Source: an uncultured delta proteobacterium (lineage in GTDB: Bacteria; Desulfobacterota; Binatia; Binatales; Binataceae). From it: 64,000 nt of DNA. The translations under genes and the position numbers were made by a program. Position 1 is the stretch's first letter. The number at the start of each line of letters is the position of its first letter. The notes below the pieces were generated by a model. That model saw nothing but the letters and a program-made list of their open reading frames with translations. It was not told the origin of the DNA and ran no database searches. The stretch is from the NCBI GenBank assembly GCA_963808235.1, contig CAWEEQ010000004.1, positions 2,912,001-2,976,000 of the forward strand, read 5' to 3'. Shown in pieces: positions 9,286 to 20,178 of this stretch.

Positions 9286-10290
9286 TTACAGCTTGCCCGC
9301 GACGAATGCGGCTATATCAGCGAGCCGGTTCGAGTAGCCCCATTCGTTATCGTACCACGAAAATATTTTCACCAGCCGCTTGCCACTGACCTTGGTCAGC
9401 GGGGCATCGAAGATCGACGAATGAGGATTGCCGTTGAGATCGGTCGAAACGAGCGGCGCCTCGCTGTATTCGAGGATGCCCTTGAGCGGGCCTTCGGCCG
9501 CGGCCCTCATCGCAGCGTTGACGGATTTTTCGTCGGCGTCTTTCTCGACCGTCGCAGTGAGATCGACCACGGAAACGTTGGAGGTTGGAACGCGAATCGC
9601 AAGGCCGTCGAGCTTGCCCTGAAGCGCCGGCAGCACCAGGCCAATTGCTTTCGCGGCGCCGGTCGAAGTCGGGATCATCGAGAGCGCGGCTGCGCGGGCG
9701 CGGCGCAAATCCTTGTGCGGGCCATCTTGCAGCATCTGATCGGAGGTGTAGCTGTGAATCGTGGTCATCAGGCCGTGCACTACGACGAATTTATCGTGCA
9801 GAACTTTCGCGATCGGCGCCAGGCAGTTGGTGGTGCACGACGCGTTGGAAATTACGTCGTGCTTTTTCGGGTCGTAGGTGTCCTGGTTGACGCCGAGGCA
9901 TAGGGTGACATCGGCGCCGTCGGCGGGAGCGCTGATGACGACTTTTTTCGCGCCCGCGGCGAGATGCATCGCCGCCTTGTCGCGCGCGGTGAAGAGCCCG
10001 GTCGATTCGATCACCACCTGCACGCCGAGCTTGCCCCACGGAAGTTTCGAGGGATCGCGCTCGGCAAGGACCTGCATCTGTTTGCCGTCGAGGTAGATGT
10101 GCCCGCCTTCGGTCTTGACCTCGTGCTTAAGGGGGCCGTGGATGGAATCGTATTTGAGCAGATGGGCGAGGGTCGGCGCGTCGGTGATGTCGTTGACGGC
10201 GACGACTTCGAGGTCCTTCTTGGTGAGGGCCGCGCGCAGGAACATCCTGCCAATTCGGCCGAATCCGTTAATCCCGACTTTTATCGCCAC
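9286..10290 (-). CDS. gap: Type I glyceraldehyde-3-phosphate dehydrogenase
   Basis: GINGFGRIGR, ASCTTNCLAP, WYDNEWGYS; GTG start after GGAGG. Confidence 0.97.
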   Translation of the reverse strand: MAIKVGINGFGRIGRMFLRAALTKKDLEVVAVNDITDAPTLAHLLKYDSIHGPLKHEVKTEGGHIYLDGKQMQVLAERDPSKLPWGKLGVQVVIESTGLFTARDKAAMHLAAGAKKVVISAPADGADVTLCLGVNQDTYDPKKHDVISNASCTTNCLAPIAKVLHDKFVVVHGLMTTIHSYTSDQMLQDGPHKDLRRARAAALSMIPTSTGAAKAIGLVLPALQGKLDGLAIRVPTSNVSVVDLTATVEKDADEKSVNAAMRAAAEGPLKGILEYSEAPLVSTDLNGNPHSSIFDAPLTKVSGKRLVKIFSWYDNEWGYSNRLADIAAFVAGKL

Positions 10291-10536
10291 CGCTCGATTC
10301 CTCCTGCCAGGCAATTCGCAATGATCATACGCCGAATAAAGAATACCAAAATTAATGACCCGAACCTTAGATAAGTCCGGGTCCGATATTCAAGGGCGAT
10401 CTATTAACTGATCTTACGCCCGGACGGAGCGCGAATCAGCAACCTAACCCGGACAATCGCGTCTAATAGGGTGTGCTGGTTTTGGGCGCGCCGATACCCT
10501 TATAATGAAACGATTCTCTGGTCGAGTGCGGAGTAT

Positions 10537-11250
10537 ATGCTCCATCAGGTGAGTGGTGCAGGCGGATTGGGGGTGGTGGATTTGGTGCTGGGCACTGGCC
10601 CAGTGGTTGCCGCTGTGCTGTGGCTGCTGGTCGCGTTCTCGGTCGGCAGCTGGGGAATTATCCTTTACAAATTGGTTCAGATATCACGGGCGCGGCGCGA
10701 GTCCGAGCGCTTTATCGCGATTTTTTGGGATTCGAAGAATCTTGCCGCAATCCATACCGCCAGCGTCAATTTCAAGCAGAGTCCGGTTGCGCAGGTTTTC
10801 CGCTCGGGTTACCAGGAGCTGCTCCAATTGACTCGAGCCAAACGGCAGGCGGTCGGCGCCGAGGGCGGCTTCTCGACGGACTTGGGCGGAATCGCGAACG
10901 TGATGCGCGCGATGAAGCGCCAGGAAAACGTGGAACTGACCAAGCTCGAGTCGGGGATAACGTTTCTGGCGACGACTGGATCGTCGTGCCCGTTTATCGG
11001 GCTCTTCGGGACCGTATGGGGAATCATGACGGCGTTTCTCGGGCTGTCGGCGTCGCATACGTCGAGTATCCAGGCGGTGGCGCCGGGTATCGCGGAGGCG
11101 CTGATCACGACGGCGGTCGGCCTGGTCGCAGCGATTCCAGCGCAGATGTTCTACAATTACTTCATTGCACGCGTGCGCGTGCTTGCAACCGAGATGGACA
11201 ATTTTACGTCAGAATTCTTGAACATCGCCGAACGTCATTTCCTTTCGTAG
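10537..11250 (+). CDS. tolQ: TolQ
   Basis: PFIGLFGTVWGIM, VAPGIAEALITTAVGL; first gene of the tol-pal cluster. Confidence 0.92.
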   Translation: MLHQVSGAGGLGVVDLVLGTGPVVAAVLWLLVAFSVGSWGIILYKLVQISRARRESERFIAIFWDSKNLAAIHTASVNFKQSPVAQVFRSGYQELLQLTRAKRQAVGAEGGFSTDLGGIANVMRAMKRQENVELTKLESGITFLATTGSSCPFIGLFGTVWGIMTAFLGLSASHTSSIQAVAPGIAEALITTAVGLVAAIPAQMFYNYFIARVRVLATEMDNFTSEFLNIAERHFLS

Positions 11251-11266
11251 AGCGAGCGGAAAACCG

Positions 11267-11737
11267 ATGGCAATGGATCCGGCACAACGCGGGCAGATGG
11301 TCTCGCAGATCAACGTCACGCCGCTGGTCGACGTGATGCTGGTGCTGCTGGTGATCTTCATGGTGACCGCGCCGATTATCCAGCAAGGCGTCGAAGTCTC
11401 GCTGCCGAAGGTCAAGGCGCAGGCGCTGCCGGGCAAGGAAGAACAGTTCGTGGTTTCGATAACGCGCGGCAGCGAGATTTATCTCAATGACTCGAAACTT
11501 TCGGCCGACGAGCTGACCGACAAGCTGAAAGCGATCTCGCAGGAGCGTCCCGACCGCCAGGTTTTTATCCGCGCCGACGACCAGGTGCCGTACGGCGAGG
11601 TGATTCGCACCATGGCGGCGATCAAATCGGCGGGGATCGAGAACGTAGGTATGGTAACCGAGATGCCGGCCGGCGCCGACGCGACGGCCCCGCCGCATTC
11701 GCGAAGTGAGCGCGGGCGTGGCAGCGCCGGACCGTAA
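11267..11737 (+). CDS. tolR: TolR
   Basis: INVTPLVDVMLVLLVIFMVTAP. Confidence 0.92.
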   Translation: MAMDPAQRGQMVSQINVTPLVDVMLVLLVIFMVTAPIIQQGVEVSLPKVKAQALPGKEEQFVVSITRGSEIYLNDSKLSADELTDKLKAISQERPDRQVFIRADDQVPYGEVIRTMAAIKSAGIENVGMVTEMPAGADATAPPHSRSERGRGSAGP

Positions 11738-12800
11738 CCGGGACGAGGGGCAGTCGCGGGCCGGATATTTCGGGGCGATTGTCGTCTCGGCGCTGGGTCA
11801 CGGTGCGGTGTTCGCGCTGATTTTCTTCGTCGCGCCGCGATATCTGCATCAACCGGATGCGCCGCCGCCCGCATACACAGTAAAGATCGTCGATAATATT
11901 CCGGCCGGGGATCTCGGCACGCGCTTGCCGCGAATCAATCGGCATCATGCGGACGAATCGAAGGCTCAGCCCAAGCCGGAGGAACCCAAGGTCAAAGTCG
12001 AGCCGCCCAAGCCGGAACTCGCGCCGAACGACGATAAAAACGCGTTGGCGCTGAATACGCTCACGACGCCGACCGAAACGCCGACGCCCGAGCCGACCGC
12101 CGCGCCTACAGCCGCGCCGACGGTCGAGGCGACGCCGACCGATACGCCAGTACCGACTCCGGAGCCGACCAAGCGGCCGACGCCGAGGCCCACACCCAGG
12201 GAGTCGAAGCGTCGCGCACCCAAGTCTGAGGCGTCGAAGATTGTGATCGCGAGAGCAAGTTCGACACCGAGCGTCGCGGAGCGGCTGGCCGCGCTGAAGC
12301 GCAGAAATTTCGAAGAGCACGTCAAGAACGTCGCCAAGATGGCGGCCGAGGCGAAAAAGAACGACGACGAGGACATGGATGACGATTCGGACGACGACAC
12401 CGACACTCCGGCGGCGTCGGCGGGCGGCGGACCCGTGGTCGGCAGCGTTGCGTCGGAGGGGCGCGGCTACGGAGTTGGGCCGGGCGAAGGCAGCGAGGGG
12501 ATTCTCAAGGACCCGGAATTTCTGCTGTACTATAAGACTGTGCAGGATCAGATTAAGAAGGCGTGGAGTTTTACCGGCGGTTCAAACGATCTGACCGCGA
12601 CAGTGGATTTCGCGATCGGCCCGGACGGAACTTTAGTCGGCGCCAAGATCGGCACGAGTTCTAATGACCCGGCCTTCGATGATTCGGTGATTCGAGCGAT
12701 CCGGCGCGCCGCGCCGTTCCCGCCGCCGCCGGATAAATTTCGCGATCAATTTTCATCAGGAATAAAAGCATTGTTCCAGCTCGGCGAACTCAAGTCCTAA
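11706..12800 (+). CDS. tolA: TolA/TonB-family energy transducer
   Basis: N-terminal anchor with SALGH (SxxxH), Pro/Thr-rich linker, C-terminal FDDSVIRAIRRAAPFPPPP domain; lies between tolR and tolB. Confidence 0.8.
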   Translation: MSAGVAAPDRNRDEGQSRAGYFGAIVVSALGHGAVFALIFFVAPRYLHQPDAPPPAYTVKIVDNIPAGDLGTRLPRINRHHADESKAQPKPEEPKVKVEPPKPELAPNDDKNALALNTLTTPTETPTPEPTAAPTAAPTVEATPTDTPVPTPEPTKRPTPRPTPRESKRRAPKSEASKIVIARASSTPSVAERLAALKRRNFEEHVKNVAKMAAEAKKNDDEDMDDDSDDDTDTPAASAGGGPVVGSVASEGRGYGVGPGEGSEGILKDPEFLLYYKTVQDQIKKAWSFTGGSNDLTATVDFAIGPDGTLVGAKIGTSSNDPAFDDSVIRAIRRAAPFPPPPDKFRDQFSSGIKALFQLGELKS

Positions 12801-12875
12801 CAGGATGATGGTGCAGGAGGTGCGGATGAGCCAGGTGCGTGGAGTTCGAGTTGGCGCGCGACTCGGTCTGAAACC

Positions 12876-14195
12876 ATGAAGCGAATCCTGTGTTGCTCGA
12901 TCATGCTCGCGGCGTTCGCTTTCGTCGCGCGTTCGTCTGCGGCTGCGCCGATCACGATGACGATCGCCGGACCGGGATCGCAACTCTCGACGATCGCGGT
13001 GTCGGGGCTGAAAAGTCTCGGCGGCGACAATGACCATCAGATAAGCAAAGATTTTATCAGCACGCTCCGGAAGGACCTCGAACTCTCGGGATATTTCAGA
13101 ATTATCGATCCGCACGCGTACATCGAGGATCCGCAGTCCTCGGGCTTTGAGCTGGGCCAGTTCAACTTCGCCGACTGGAAATCGATCAACGCGGACTTCC
13201 TGGTCAAGGGATCGATCGCCGCGGACGCATCGGGGATGAAGCTGACGGCGTACCTATACGATGTAGCGCAGCAGCGGCGCATGATGGGCAAGAACTACAC
13301 GGGCAATGCGACCGACGCGGCGCGGATGGCGCGGCGATTCGCGGACGCTATTCTGGAGTCGGCGACCGGACAGAAGGGGCCGTTCGATTCAAAGCTCGGC
13401 TTCGTCTCGACTCGCGGCGGGCGCTTCAAGGAAATTTATACGCAATCGATAGACGGTCAGAACCTGTTCAAGCTGACCGACAACCCCACGATCAATCTAT
13501 TCCCGAGTTTCGATCACAGCACGCGCTACGTCCTCTATCTCTCGTACAAGAGCCTGGAACCAGCGCTTTATCTCGCCGATCTCAAGGAACGGCGCGAAAC
13601 GCGGCTCGACAGCCCGCACGGGCGCTTGATCGGCGGCACGATTTCGCCCGACGCCGAGCGAGTGGTCGCCGCGATCGAGCGTGGCGGCACCACCAATCTG
13701 TACCTGATCACGCGCGAGGGCGCCGAGATTCGTCAGCTCACCGATACCAACGGAATCAACGTGAGCCCGGCAATTTCGCCCGACGGCGAGAGTATGGCGT
13801 TCACGTCGGATCGCTCGGGCACTCCGCAGATCTACGTAATGCCGCTCGGCGGCGGCGCGGCCAAGCGGCTCACGTTCAGCGGCGACTACAACACCACGCC
13901 GGCGTTTTCGCCCAAGGGCGACAAGCTTGCGTACCAGAGGCGTGAGAACGGACGCTTCGATATATGGACAATTTCGCTCAAGGGCGGCGAGCCGATCCAG
14001 ATCACCGACGGCAACGGTTCCAACGAATATCCGAGTTGGTCTCCCGACGGGCGTTATATCGCGTTCAGCTCGACGCGCAGTCACAACTCGCGAATCTATA
14101 TAATGATGGTCGGCAACCGGAAGATTATTTCCGCTTTGACGGAGGGCAATGGTAATGATTCCTGTCCAGTGTGGTCGTGGTGGTTGGGTGAATAA
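12876..14195 (+). CDS. tolB: TolB beta-propeller protein
   Basis: Signal peptide, TolB N-domain, repeated PD40 motifs (SPDG...AFTSDRSG, PSWSPDG). Confidence 0.93.
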   Translation: MKRILCCSIMLAAFAFVARSSAAAPITMTIAGPGSQLSTIAVSGLKSLGGDNDHQISKDFISTLRKDLELSGYFRIIDPHAYIEDPQSSGFELGQFNFADWKSINADFLVKGSIAADASGMKLTAYLYDVAQQRRMMGKNYTGNATDAARMARRFADAILESATGQKGPFDSKLGFVSTRGGRFKEIYTQSIDGQNLFKLTDNPTINLFPSFDHSTRYVLYLSYKSLEPALYLADLKERRETRLDSPHGRLIGGTISPDAERVVAAIERGGTTNLYLITREGAEIRQLTDTNGINVSPAISPDGESMAFTSDRSGTPQIYVMPLGGGAAKRLTFSGDYNTTPAFSPKGDKLAYQRRENGRFDIWTISLKGGEPIQITDGNGSNEYPSWSPDGRYIAFSSTRSHNSRIYIMMVGNRKIISALTEGNGNDSCPVWSWWLGE

Positions 14196-14724
14196 TCGTT
14201 CGACATTGGCCAAGGCGATCGCAATTGTGAGTGTTGGCGTGATGCTGATGATGGCGGGATGCTCGTCGAAGAAGCCTGCGCCAGTCGGCGATACGAATCC
14301 CAACCCAAATGGAATTGGTGAAAATGGCACCGGCTCGGGCGGTACCAGCCTCGAGGACTGGGAGAAGGGCACAGTCGGGAGAGGTGGTCCGCTCAGCGAC
14401 ATCCACTTCGGGTACAACGATTCGACGATCAATGAGCAGGACGGTAGTGTGCTGAGGTCCAACGCAGATTGGCTGCAGAAGCATCCGCAGACCAGGGTGC
14501 AGGTCGAGGGTTATTGCGATGAGCGCGGATCGGAGGAATACAATATCGCGCTGGGCGCCAAGCGTGCACAGGCCGGCAAGGACTACCTGGAAACGCTCGG
14601 AATCAGCCCCAGCAGAATGTCGACGATCAGCTACGGGAAGGAACTTCCACTCTGCCAGGATCACGACGAAAGCTGCTGGCAGCAAAACCGGCGCGATCAC
14701 TTTATGGTAAGCAGATCACAGTGA
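14188..14724 (+). CDS. pal: Peptidoglycan-associated lipoprotein Pal
   Basis: Lipobox MAGC; OmpA-like motif EGYCDERGSEEYNIALGAKRA. Confidence 0.92.
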   Translation: MNNRSTLAKAIAIVSVGVMLMMAGCSSKKPAPVGDTNPNPNGIGENGTGSGGTSLEDWEKGTVGRGGPLSDIHFGYNDSTINEQDGSVLRSNADWLQKHPQTRVQVEGYCDERGSEEYNIALGAKRAQAGKDYLETLGISPSRMSTISYGKELPLCQDHDESCWQQNRRDHFMVSRSQ

Positions 14725-14742
14725 GCGAATAGGGATTAACGC

Positions 14743-15597
14743 GTGCGAAATACCAACTGGCCGATCCGCGCCGCCATGCTTGCAGCAGCATTCGCGCTTG
14801 CGGGATGCACTCCGCAAGCCGACTTGCAGCAACTAAACCAGAACGAGTTCACGCTGCGCGGGATGATCGCGAGCGACCGCCAGCAAATCGACGCGTTGAA
14901 GGCGCAAATCGCGCGACAGAATGATCAGATCGAGGAACTCAAGCACGGCGCGGCAGGCAGCGGTCCGGAAGCATCGGCGCTGAACGACAAGGTCGCGAAG
15001 CTGGAAACCGAAGTCAGCGCGCTGCAGGCCGGGATGGCGGCGACACCGGGCATGGTGGTGCCACCGGTCGCCGATTCCACGGGTTCGACGCCGGGCGCAG
15101 TTGCGCCGGGCGCGCCGGCCGGCCCGGGACCGACGGCGCCGGCGATGCCCGCGGAAACTCCGCCATCGTGGCCGGGCGAACTCGATCAGGAGATTGCCGA
15201 CGCCGGTAGTTCGAGCGAGCCGGGAATAAAGATCTATCGTCAGGGTCTCGACGCGATGAAGGCGGGCAAGTATCCGCTTGCGGTCGCCAACTTCACCCGC
15301 CTGCAACATTCCTATCCGAAATCCGCGCTCAGCGAGCCGGCCGAATACTTCGCGGCCAACGCGCTTTACGAAACCGGCGAGTTCGACAAGGCGATTCTGC
15401 AGTTCAACGACCTGGTGATGCGCTTTCCGAAAGGCAAGTACGCCAGCGCCGCGCTGCTGCGCGAGGCGCAGGCTTTTCTGAAGCTCAACGATCGGATCGA
15501 CGCGCGTCTGACCTTGCAGAAGCTGGTCGCCGATCACGGCGGAACGCCTGAAGCGACGGCCGCAAACGGCATGATGAAAGATCTCGCGAGCGACTGA
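14743..15597 (+). CDS. cpoB: Tol-Pal system protein CpoB/YbgF (TPR lipoprotein)
   Basis: Lipobox LAGC, coiled coil, C-terminal TPRs; follows pal. Confidence 0.8.
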   Translation: MRNTNWPIRAAMLAAAFALAGCTPQADLQQLNQNEFTLRGMIASDRQQIDALKAQIARQNDQIEELKHGAAGSGPEASALNDKVAKLETEVSALQAGMAATPGMVVPPVADSTGSTPGAVAPGAPAGPGPTAPAMPAETPPSWPGELDQEIADAGSSSEPGIKIYRQGLDAMKAGKYPLAVANFTRLQHSYPKSALSEPAEYFAANALYETGEFDKAILQFNDLVMRFPKGKYASAALLREAQAFLKLNDRIDARLTLQKLVADHGGTPEATAANGMMKDLASD

Positions 15598-15599
15598 GA

Positions 15600-16523
15600 T
15601 TGGAGATAATTCGCGATCTCGAAACGCTGACGCGCCATCCTTATCCGGTCACCGCGATCGGCAATTTTGATGGCGTGCACATGGGCCATCGCGCGATCCT
15701 GAAGGCGGCGATCGATCGCGCTCGCGCGGCGGCGGGCACGGCGTTCGCACTGACGTTCGATCCTCTGCCGGCCAAGCTGCTGGTTCCGGATCGCGCCCCG
15801 CCGCTGATACTCATACCTGACGACAAGCTCGAGTTGCTGAGGCTGTCGGGAATCGACGGCGTGATCGTGCTCAAGTTCACGCGCGAACTGAGCATGCTCT
15901 CGCCGCGCGATTTTGTGCGCGACTACCTGAGCGGAAAAATCGGCGCGCGCGAAGTGGTCGCGGGGCACAGCTGGCGCTTCGGCCACAATCGCGCCGGCAA
16001 TCCGGCTGTGCTGGTCGAACTCGGGCGCGAGTTCGGTTTCGACACAACCGTGGTCGGGCCGGTCAAGCTCGGCGGCGTCGAGGTAAGTTCAACCAAGGTG
16101 CGCGAGTTGATCGCGTCGGGAGACATGCGCGCCGCAGCCAAATTGATGGGCCGTTATCATTTTTTGCACGGCCCGGTGGTGCGCGGGCGCGAGCGCGGAC
16201 GGAAGATCGGATTTCCCACCGCGAATCTCGAAAGCGAAACGGAATGCGTGCCGCCCGACGGGGTTTACGCGACGCGGGTGATCCTCGACGACGGCGCGTA
16301 CGGGTCGATCACCAACATCGGGATGCGTCCGACTTTTTCGGAGACCGCGCGATCGATCGAAGCGCACATCTTCGATTTCACCCGCGACATCTATGGGATG
16401 CGAATCAAACTCGAGCTGATCGAGCGAATCCGTCCCGAGCGCAAATTCGACAGCGCCGACGCGCTCAAGAATCAGATCGCACTCGATCTCAGCAAAGCCC
16501 GCGAAATTCTCGCCGCCGTCTGA
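15600..16523 (+). CDS. ribF: Bifunctional riboflavin kinase / FAD synthetase
   Basis: IGNFDGVHMGH, SSTKVR, GRKIGFPTAN, NIGMRPTF, EAHIFDF. Confidence 0.95.
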   Translation: MEIIRDLETLTRHPYPVTAIGNFDGVHMGHRAILKAAIDRARAAAGTAFALTFDPLPAKLLVPDRAPPLILIPDDKLELLRLSGIDGVIVLKFTRELSMLSPRDFVRDYLSGKIGAREVVAGHSWRFGHNRAGNPAVLVELGREFGFDTTVVGPVKLGGVEVSSTKVRELIASGDMRAAAKLMGRYHFLHGPVVRGRERGRKIGFPTANLESETECVPPDGVYATRVILDDGAYGSITNIGMRPTFSETARSIEAHIFDFTRDIYGMRIKLELIERIRPERKFDSADALKNQIALDLSKAREILAAV

Positions 16524-16530
16524 CTCGCCG

Positions 16531-17414
16531 CTAAATTTTCGCCGGCGGGCTCGACCCAATCGTGCGCCAGGCGCTCGACCCATCGAGCGATCTGCGCTTC
16601 GTCCTCCGGCGGATTCGCAAGCATCACGAGTTCGTTCACGCCGGCGTCGCGGTACTTCTTCAGATCGTCCGGCGTAATTTTTTTTGTATACGGGCACACG
16701 ATGATTTCGACTTCGCTCGCGGCACGGCCGTTGGCTTGCAGCATCGAGTGCAGCTTTTTCACCAGCGGCGCCGCATCGTCAGGACCAACGTTGAAGCCGA
16801 ACCATCCATCGCCGATGTCGGCGGTGCGCCTGAGCGCAGGCGCGCTTTCGCCGCCAAAGATGATTGGCAGATTGCGTCCGCGCGCAGGCTTGGGGAAACA
16901 TCGCGCGCCATCGAAGTTCACGAACTCTCCGTGGAAGCTCGAGACCTCTTCGCTCCACAGACGGCGCATCACTTCGATATATTCGCGGGTTCGATTCGCA
17001 CGCCGCTCAAATGGAATGCCGAGCGCCGCAAATTCCTCCGCCGACCATCCGATTCCGACTCCGAGCGCGAACCGTCCTCCTGCAAGCCGATCGAGACTCG
17101 CGACTTCCTTGGCCAGCACGACGGGATTGTGCTCGGGCACCAGGCAGATGCCGGTCGCGAGCCGAATCGTCTTGGTCACCGCGGCCGCATAGGTCAGCGT
17201 GATGAATGGATCGAGCCAATCCGCGCCGCCCGGCAAGCGGAAATTCGCCGCTCGACGAGTATGGATATTTCGAATCCTGCCGATCGAACAGCACGACGTG
17301 CTCTCCGACCCACAGCGTCGAGATTCCGAAACGCTCGGCAGCTTGCGCAGTCTTCGCGATCACGCCGGGCCGGGCGCCGGTGCCGATTCCAAGTGAGAAC
17401 AGTCCTACATTCAT
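16531..17414 (-). CDS. LLM-class (F420-dependent-like) oxidoreductase, with two apparent frameshifts
   Basis: N-terminus LWVGEHVV (frame of 17007-17414) joins WLDPFITL...LAKEVASLDRLAGGR (frame of 16472-17236). Shifts near 17236 and 16545. Confidence 0.8.
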
Positions 17415-18265
17415 CGCGCCGAGCCGGACGCATCTGCGCCCGCGGCAAGCGACGGCGCCTTCTCAAACTTGAGCATGAAGCGATCGGTCTCGCCGCGATG
17501 CTTGAACACGTTCCAGGTACGGTCATCCTCCGGATGACGCAGCGCGGCGGACGCACCGATCAATTTGAAGCCGGCTTTCTCGACGTCCTTGATGAGAAAA
17601 TCCTCGTCGATACGATGCAGCGTCGTCGTTTCAGTGTCGCCGGTGCCCGGCTTTGCGCTGTGATCGACGATTCCGTAAATCCCGCCCGGCTTGAGCGCCT
17701 TGTACACCGCGGCGTTCACGTTCTCGCGATTCAATTTGAAGCCGACCATGTCGTGGTAGTTGAGATGTATGATCACGGCGTCGAGCGAACCGGGCGCCAC
17801 CGGCAGCAGGTCAGGCGCATCAAATGGTTTGTTGACGGCGACCACATTTTTGAGCGCCGGTTCCTTCAGCCGTTCGTTCCAGATGTCGCCAATCTTCTTG
17901 AACTTGTCGCCGAACGGACCGTTCTGCGAATACACCATTCCGCTCGAGCCGACGATTCGCGAATACAGCTCCGTCATGTATCCGCCGCCCGCGAAAATGT
18001 CGGCAACCTTCATCCCGGGCTTGATCCCGTAAAACGTCAAAATCTGATCGGGCTTTCGTCCGGCGTCGAGCGCCTTGTCGGCGGCCGGCCGGTCGGGCGA
18101 ATTGATCGCATCGGTGATCGGTTTCGGAATTTGCGCCGCGGGAATCGGCGCGCTCTCGGTCACCGCCGCTTCGAGCGTAGTCGACAATGTCCATCCGAGC
18201 GCTACCACCGCCAGCACAATCGATAGTGCGAACCGGTATCGGCGAATAGCCATTCCGATACTCAT
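17411..18265 (-). CDS. Exported class I SAM-dependent methyltransferase-like protein
   Basis: Signal peptide; KPGMKVADIFAGGGY, ALKPGGIYGIVDH, TDRFMLKF. Confidence 0.8.
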   Translation of the reverse strand: MSIGMAIRRYRFALSIVLAVVALGWTLSTTLEAAVTESAPIPAAQIPKPITDAINSPDRPAADKALDAGRKPDQILTFYGIKPGMKVADIFAGGGYMTELYSRIVGSSGMVYSQNGPFGDKFKKIGDIWNERLKEPALKNVVAVNKPFDAPDLLPVAPGSLDAVIIHLNYHDMVGFKLNRENVNAAVYKALKPGGIYGIVDHSAKPGTGDTETTTLHRIDEDFLIKDVEKAGFKLIGASAALRHPEDDRTWNVFKHRGETDRFMLKFEKAPSLAAGADASGSAR

Positions 18266-18361
18266 TTGGATCTCTCCTTTTACGAATCAGAAAGCCTCAT
18301 AGCCGACAGCTAACATACCGGCTGCAAGACGGGCAATGTGGTTTCTTGCGGACGAAAACGG

Positions 18362-20060
18362 CTATCGCGAGGCCTCGGATTTCTGAGGCGCGGGCGCGGC
18401 ATTCGGCGCCACAGCGGGCGGCTGGACGTCTGCATGCGCCCACGCCTTCTTGAATCGATCCTCGACTGTAGCGCTCTCGTCGGACGCGTTTCTCGCGCGA
18501 AGACATATCGCAAGTTCTTCGAGCGCCCATCCATCTTCGGGATACTGCTTCAAGTCGTCGCGAAATACCTGCTCCGCGTCCGCGGTCTTGCCGTCTTCGA
18601 TCATCTCGATGCCGAGAGTCTCACGGACCGGGTAGTACCAGACCGGAGGTTCTTCGTAGTTGAGTGAATCCTGAAGCGCGACCGCATCGCGAAGAGACTT
18701 TATCGCATCGTCATGGCGGCCCTCAGCGGATTCGATCTCGCCCGTCAGCGTCGACGAACCAATCTGCAAGCAATTTTTTTCCCGAGTTGAATCCGACGAT
18801 GCGATCGTCGGGCATCGCGGCAACGATAGCGTCGAGCGCGGCCTGCTCCTTGTTCGCCCTGTCAAGGCGTTTTTTCCCGACCAGCGCGAGTCCGCGCGCG
18901 TAATGCCATATTCCAGTTGAGTACTGCAGATCGGCAGGTGGCGCGGGCTCTTTGAGAATCGCGTCCCATCGGCTGAAACGAGCCTCGGTGAAATAGCGCG
19001 ACGGTACTTCGGCCATCGGCATCTGACGGACGGTCGCGACCGGCACCGCGGCCTCGAGCAGGCGTGACGCCTTCGTCGCGCCCTTGCTGTTGCCCTCCAT
19101 CATGTACGACTCCCACAGGAACTGGATGTTGTGCGGGTAGTACATCATTGGATACATGCCGGTGGGATTTCGCGCGCCGATGTACAAACGGTCGTCCTTG
19201 ATCGCGCTCAAGTTGGCGTCGGCGGAGGCATCGTAATTGCCGACTCGAAAGTAGATGTGCGACGGCATGTGCACCAAATGGCCGGCGGCGGGCGCCAGCT
19301 TTGGAAGCCGATCGGCGCTCGCGAGCGCGCGGCCCGGATCGTTCGAAGCTTCGACCGCGTGGATGTAATAGTGATTGGCGCCGACGTGGTTTGGATACTT
19401 CGCGATCACACCCTCGAGCGTCGCGACAATTTCGTCGGTGCCCGCGGCCGGCGTGCCATCGGCGTTCCAGAGCTTCCACGGATGCAAGTCCATCATCGAT
19501 TCGGCAAACAGCGCGCCCGCGTCGGGATCGTCGGGATTGCGATGCGCCACGTTGCGCATCGCGTCGGCATACGCTTGCTGTAGCGCGTCGTTCATCTTGC
19601 CGTCCGGCGCGTAACGTTTCGCCAGCGCCTCGATGTACTGGCGCTCCGGATCGCTCACGTTCGCTTCGAGTGATTGCGCTTTTTTGATTGCCTCGTAAGC
19701 AGCTTTGCCGCGATCGGTATCTTCGGGCAGGTTGATATTGGGCCCGAGCGACAGCGCGATTCCCCAATACGCCATCGCCATATTGGGATCGAGTCGCGCT
19801 GCTTCCTTGAACGAACCCGCGGCTTCGTCGTGATTGAAGGCATAGACAAAAGTGAGTCCCTGATCGAAAAAGCGCTGCGCGAGAGGCGAATTTGTCGTGA
19901 CGGCATGATGCAGATTGCCGAGCCCGTCGAAGATCGGCTCACGCGCGGAGTCTGCCGCAGGAGACGGTTCGGACGACGGCGCAGTCTCGGCTACGGATGC
20001 GCTCGCAAACGCAATGGAAAAAATCAGGGCAGCGGCCGCAAAAACGACGCGTCGATTCAT
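18362..20060 (-). CDS. Exported TPR-repeat protein, with apparent frameshift near 18770
   Basis: Signal peptide; AQRFFDQGL..YAFNHDEA, HYYIHAVE, GHLVHMPSHIY; C-terminus YEEPPVWYYPVR continues in the 18362-18865 frame. Confidence 0.8.
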
Positions 20061-20178
20061 GGCGCTTCTCCAGCACGATTGTGGTAACACGCCGCCCGCA
20101 AATCGCAAAGCTCGCAGCGCTGGTGGACTTGCCGGCCTCGCACGCGGCAAGATTATCGAGGCGGCGCGGCCGCTCGCG

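Noticed and set aside
8785-9903. 372-aa + strand ORF and similar long antisense ORFs (for example 16562-18226, 47054-48655, 13497-14462, 37978-38895)
   Set aside because: Shadow frames opposite well-supported genes in GC-rich DNA, with no motifs of their own.
12060-12200. Short CCGAC-rich repeats in tolA
   Set aside because: They encode the expected Pro/Thr-rich periplasmic linker.
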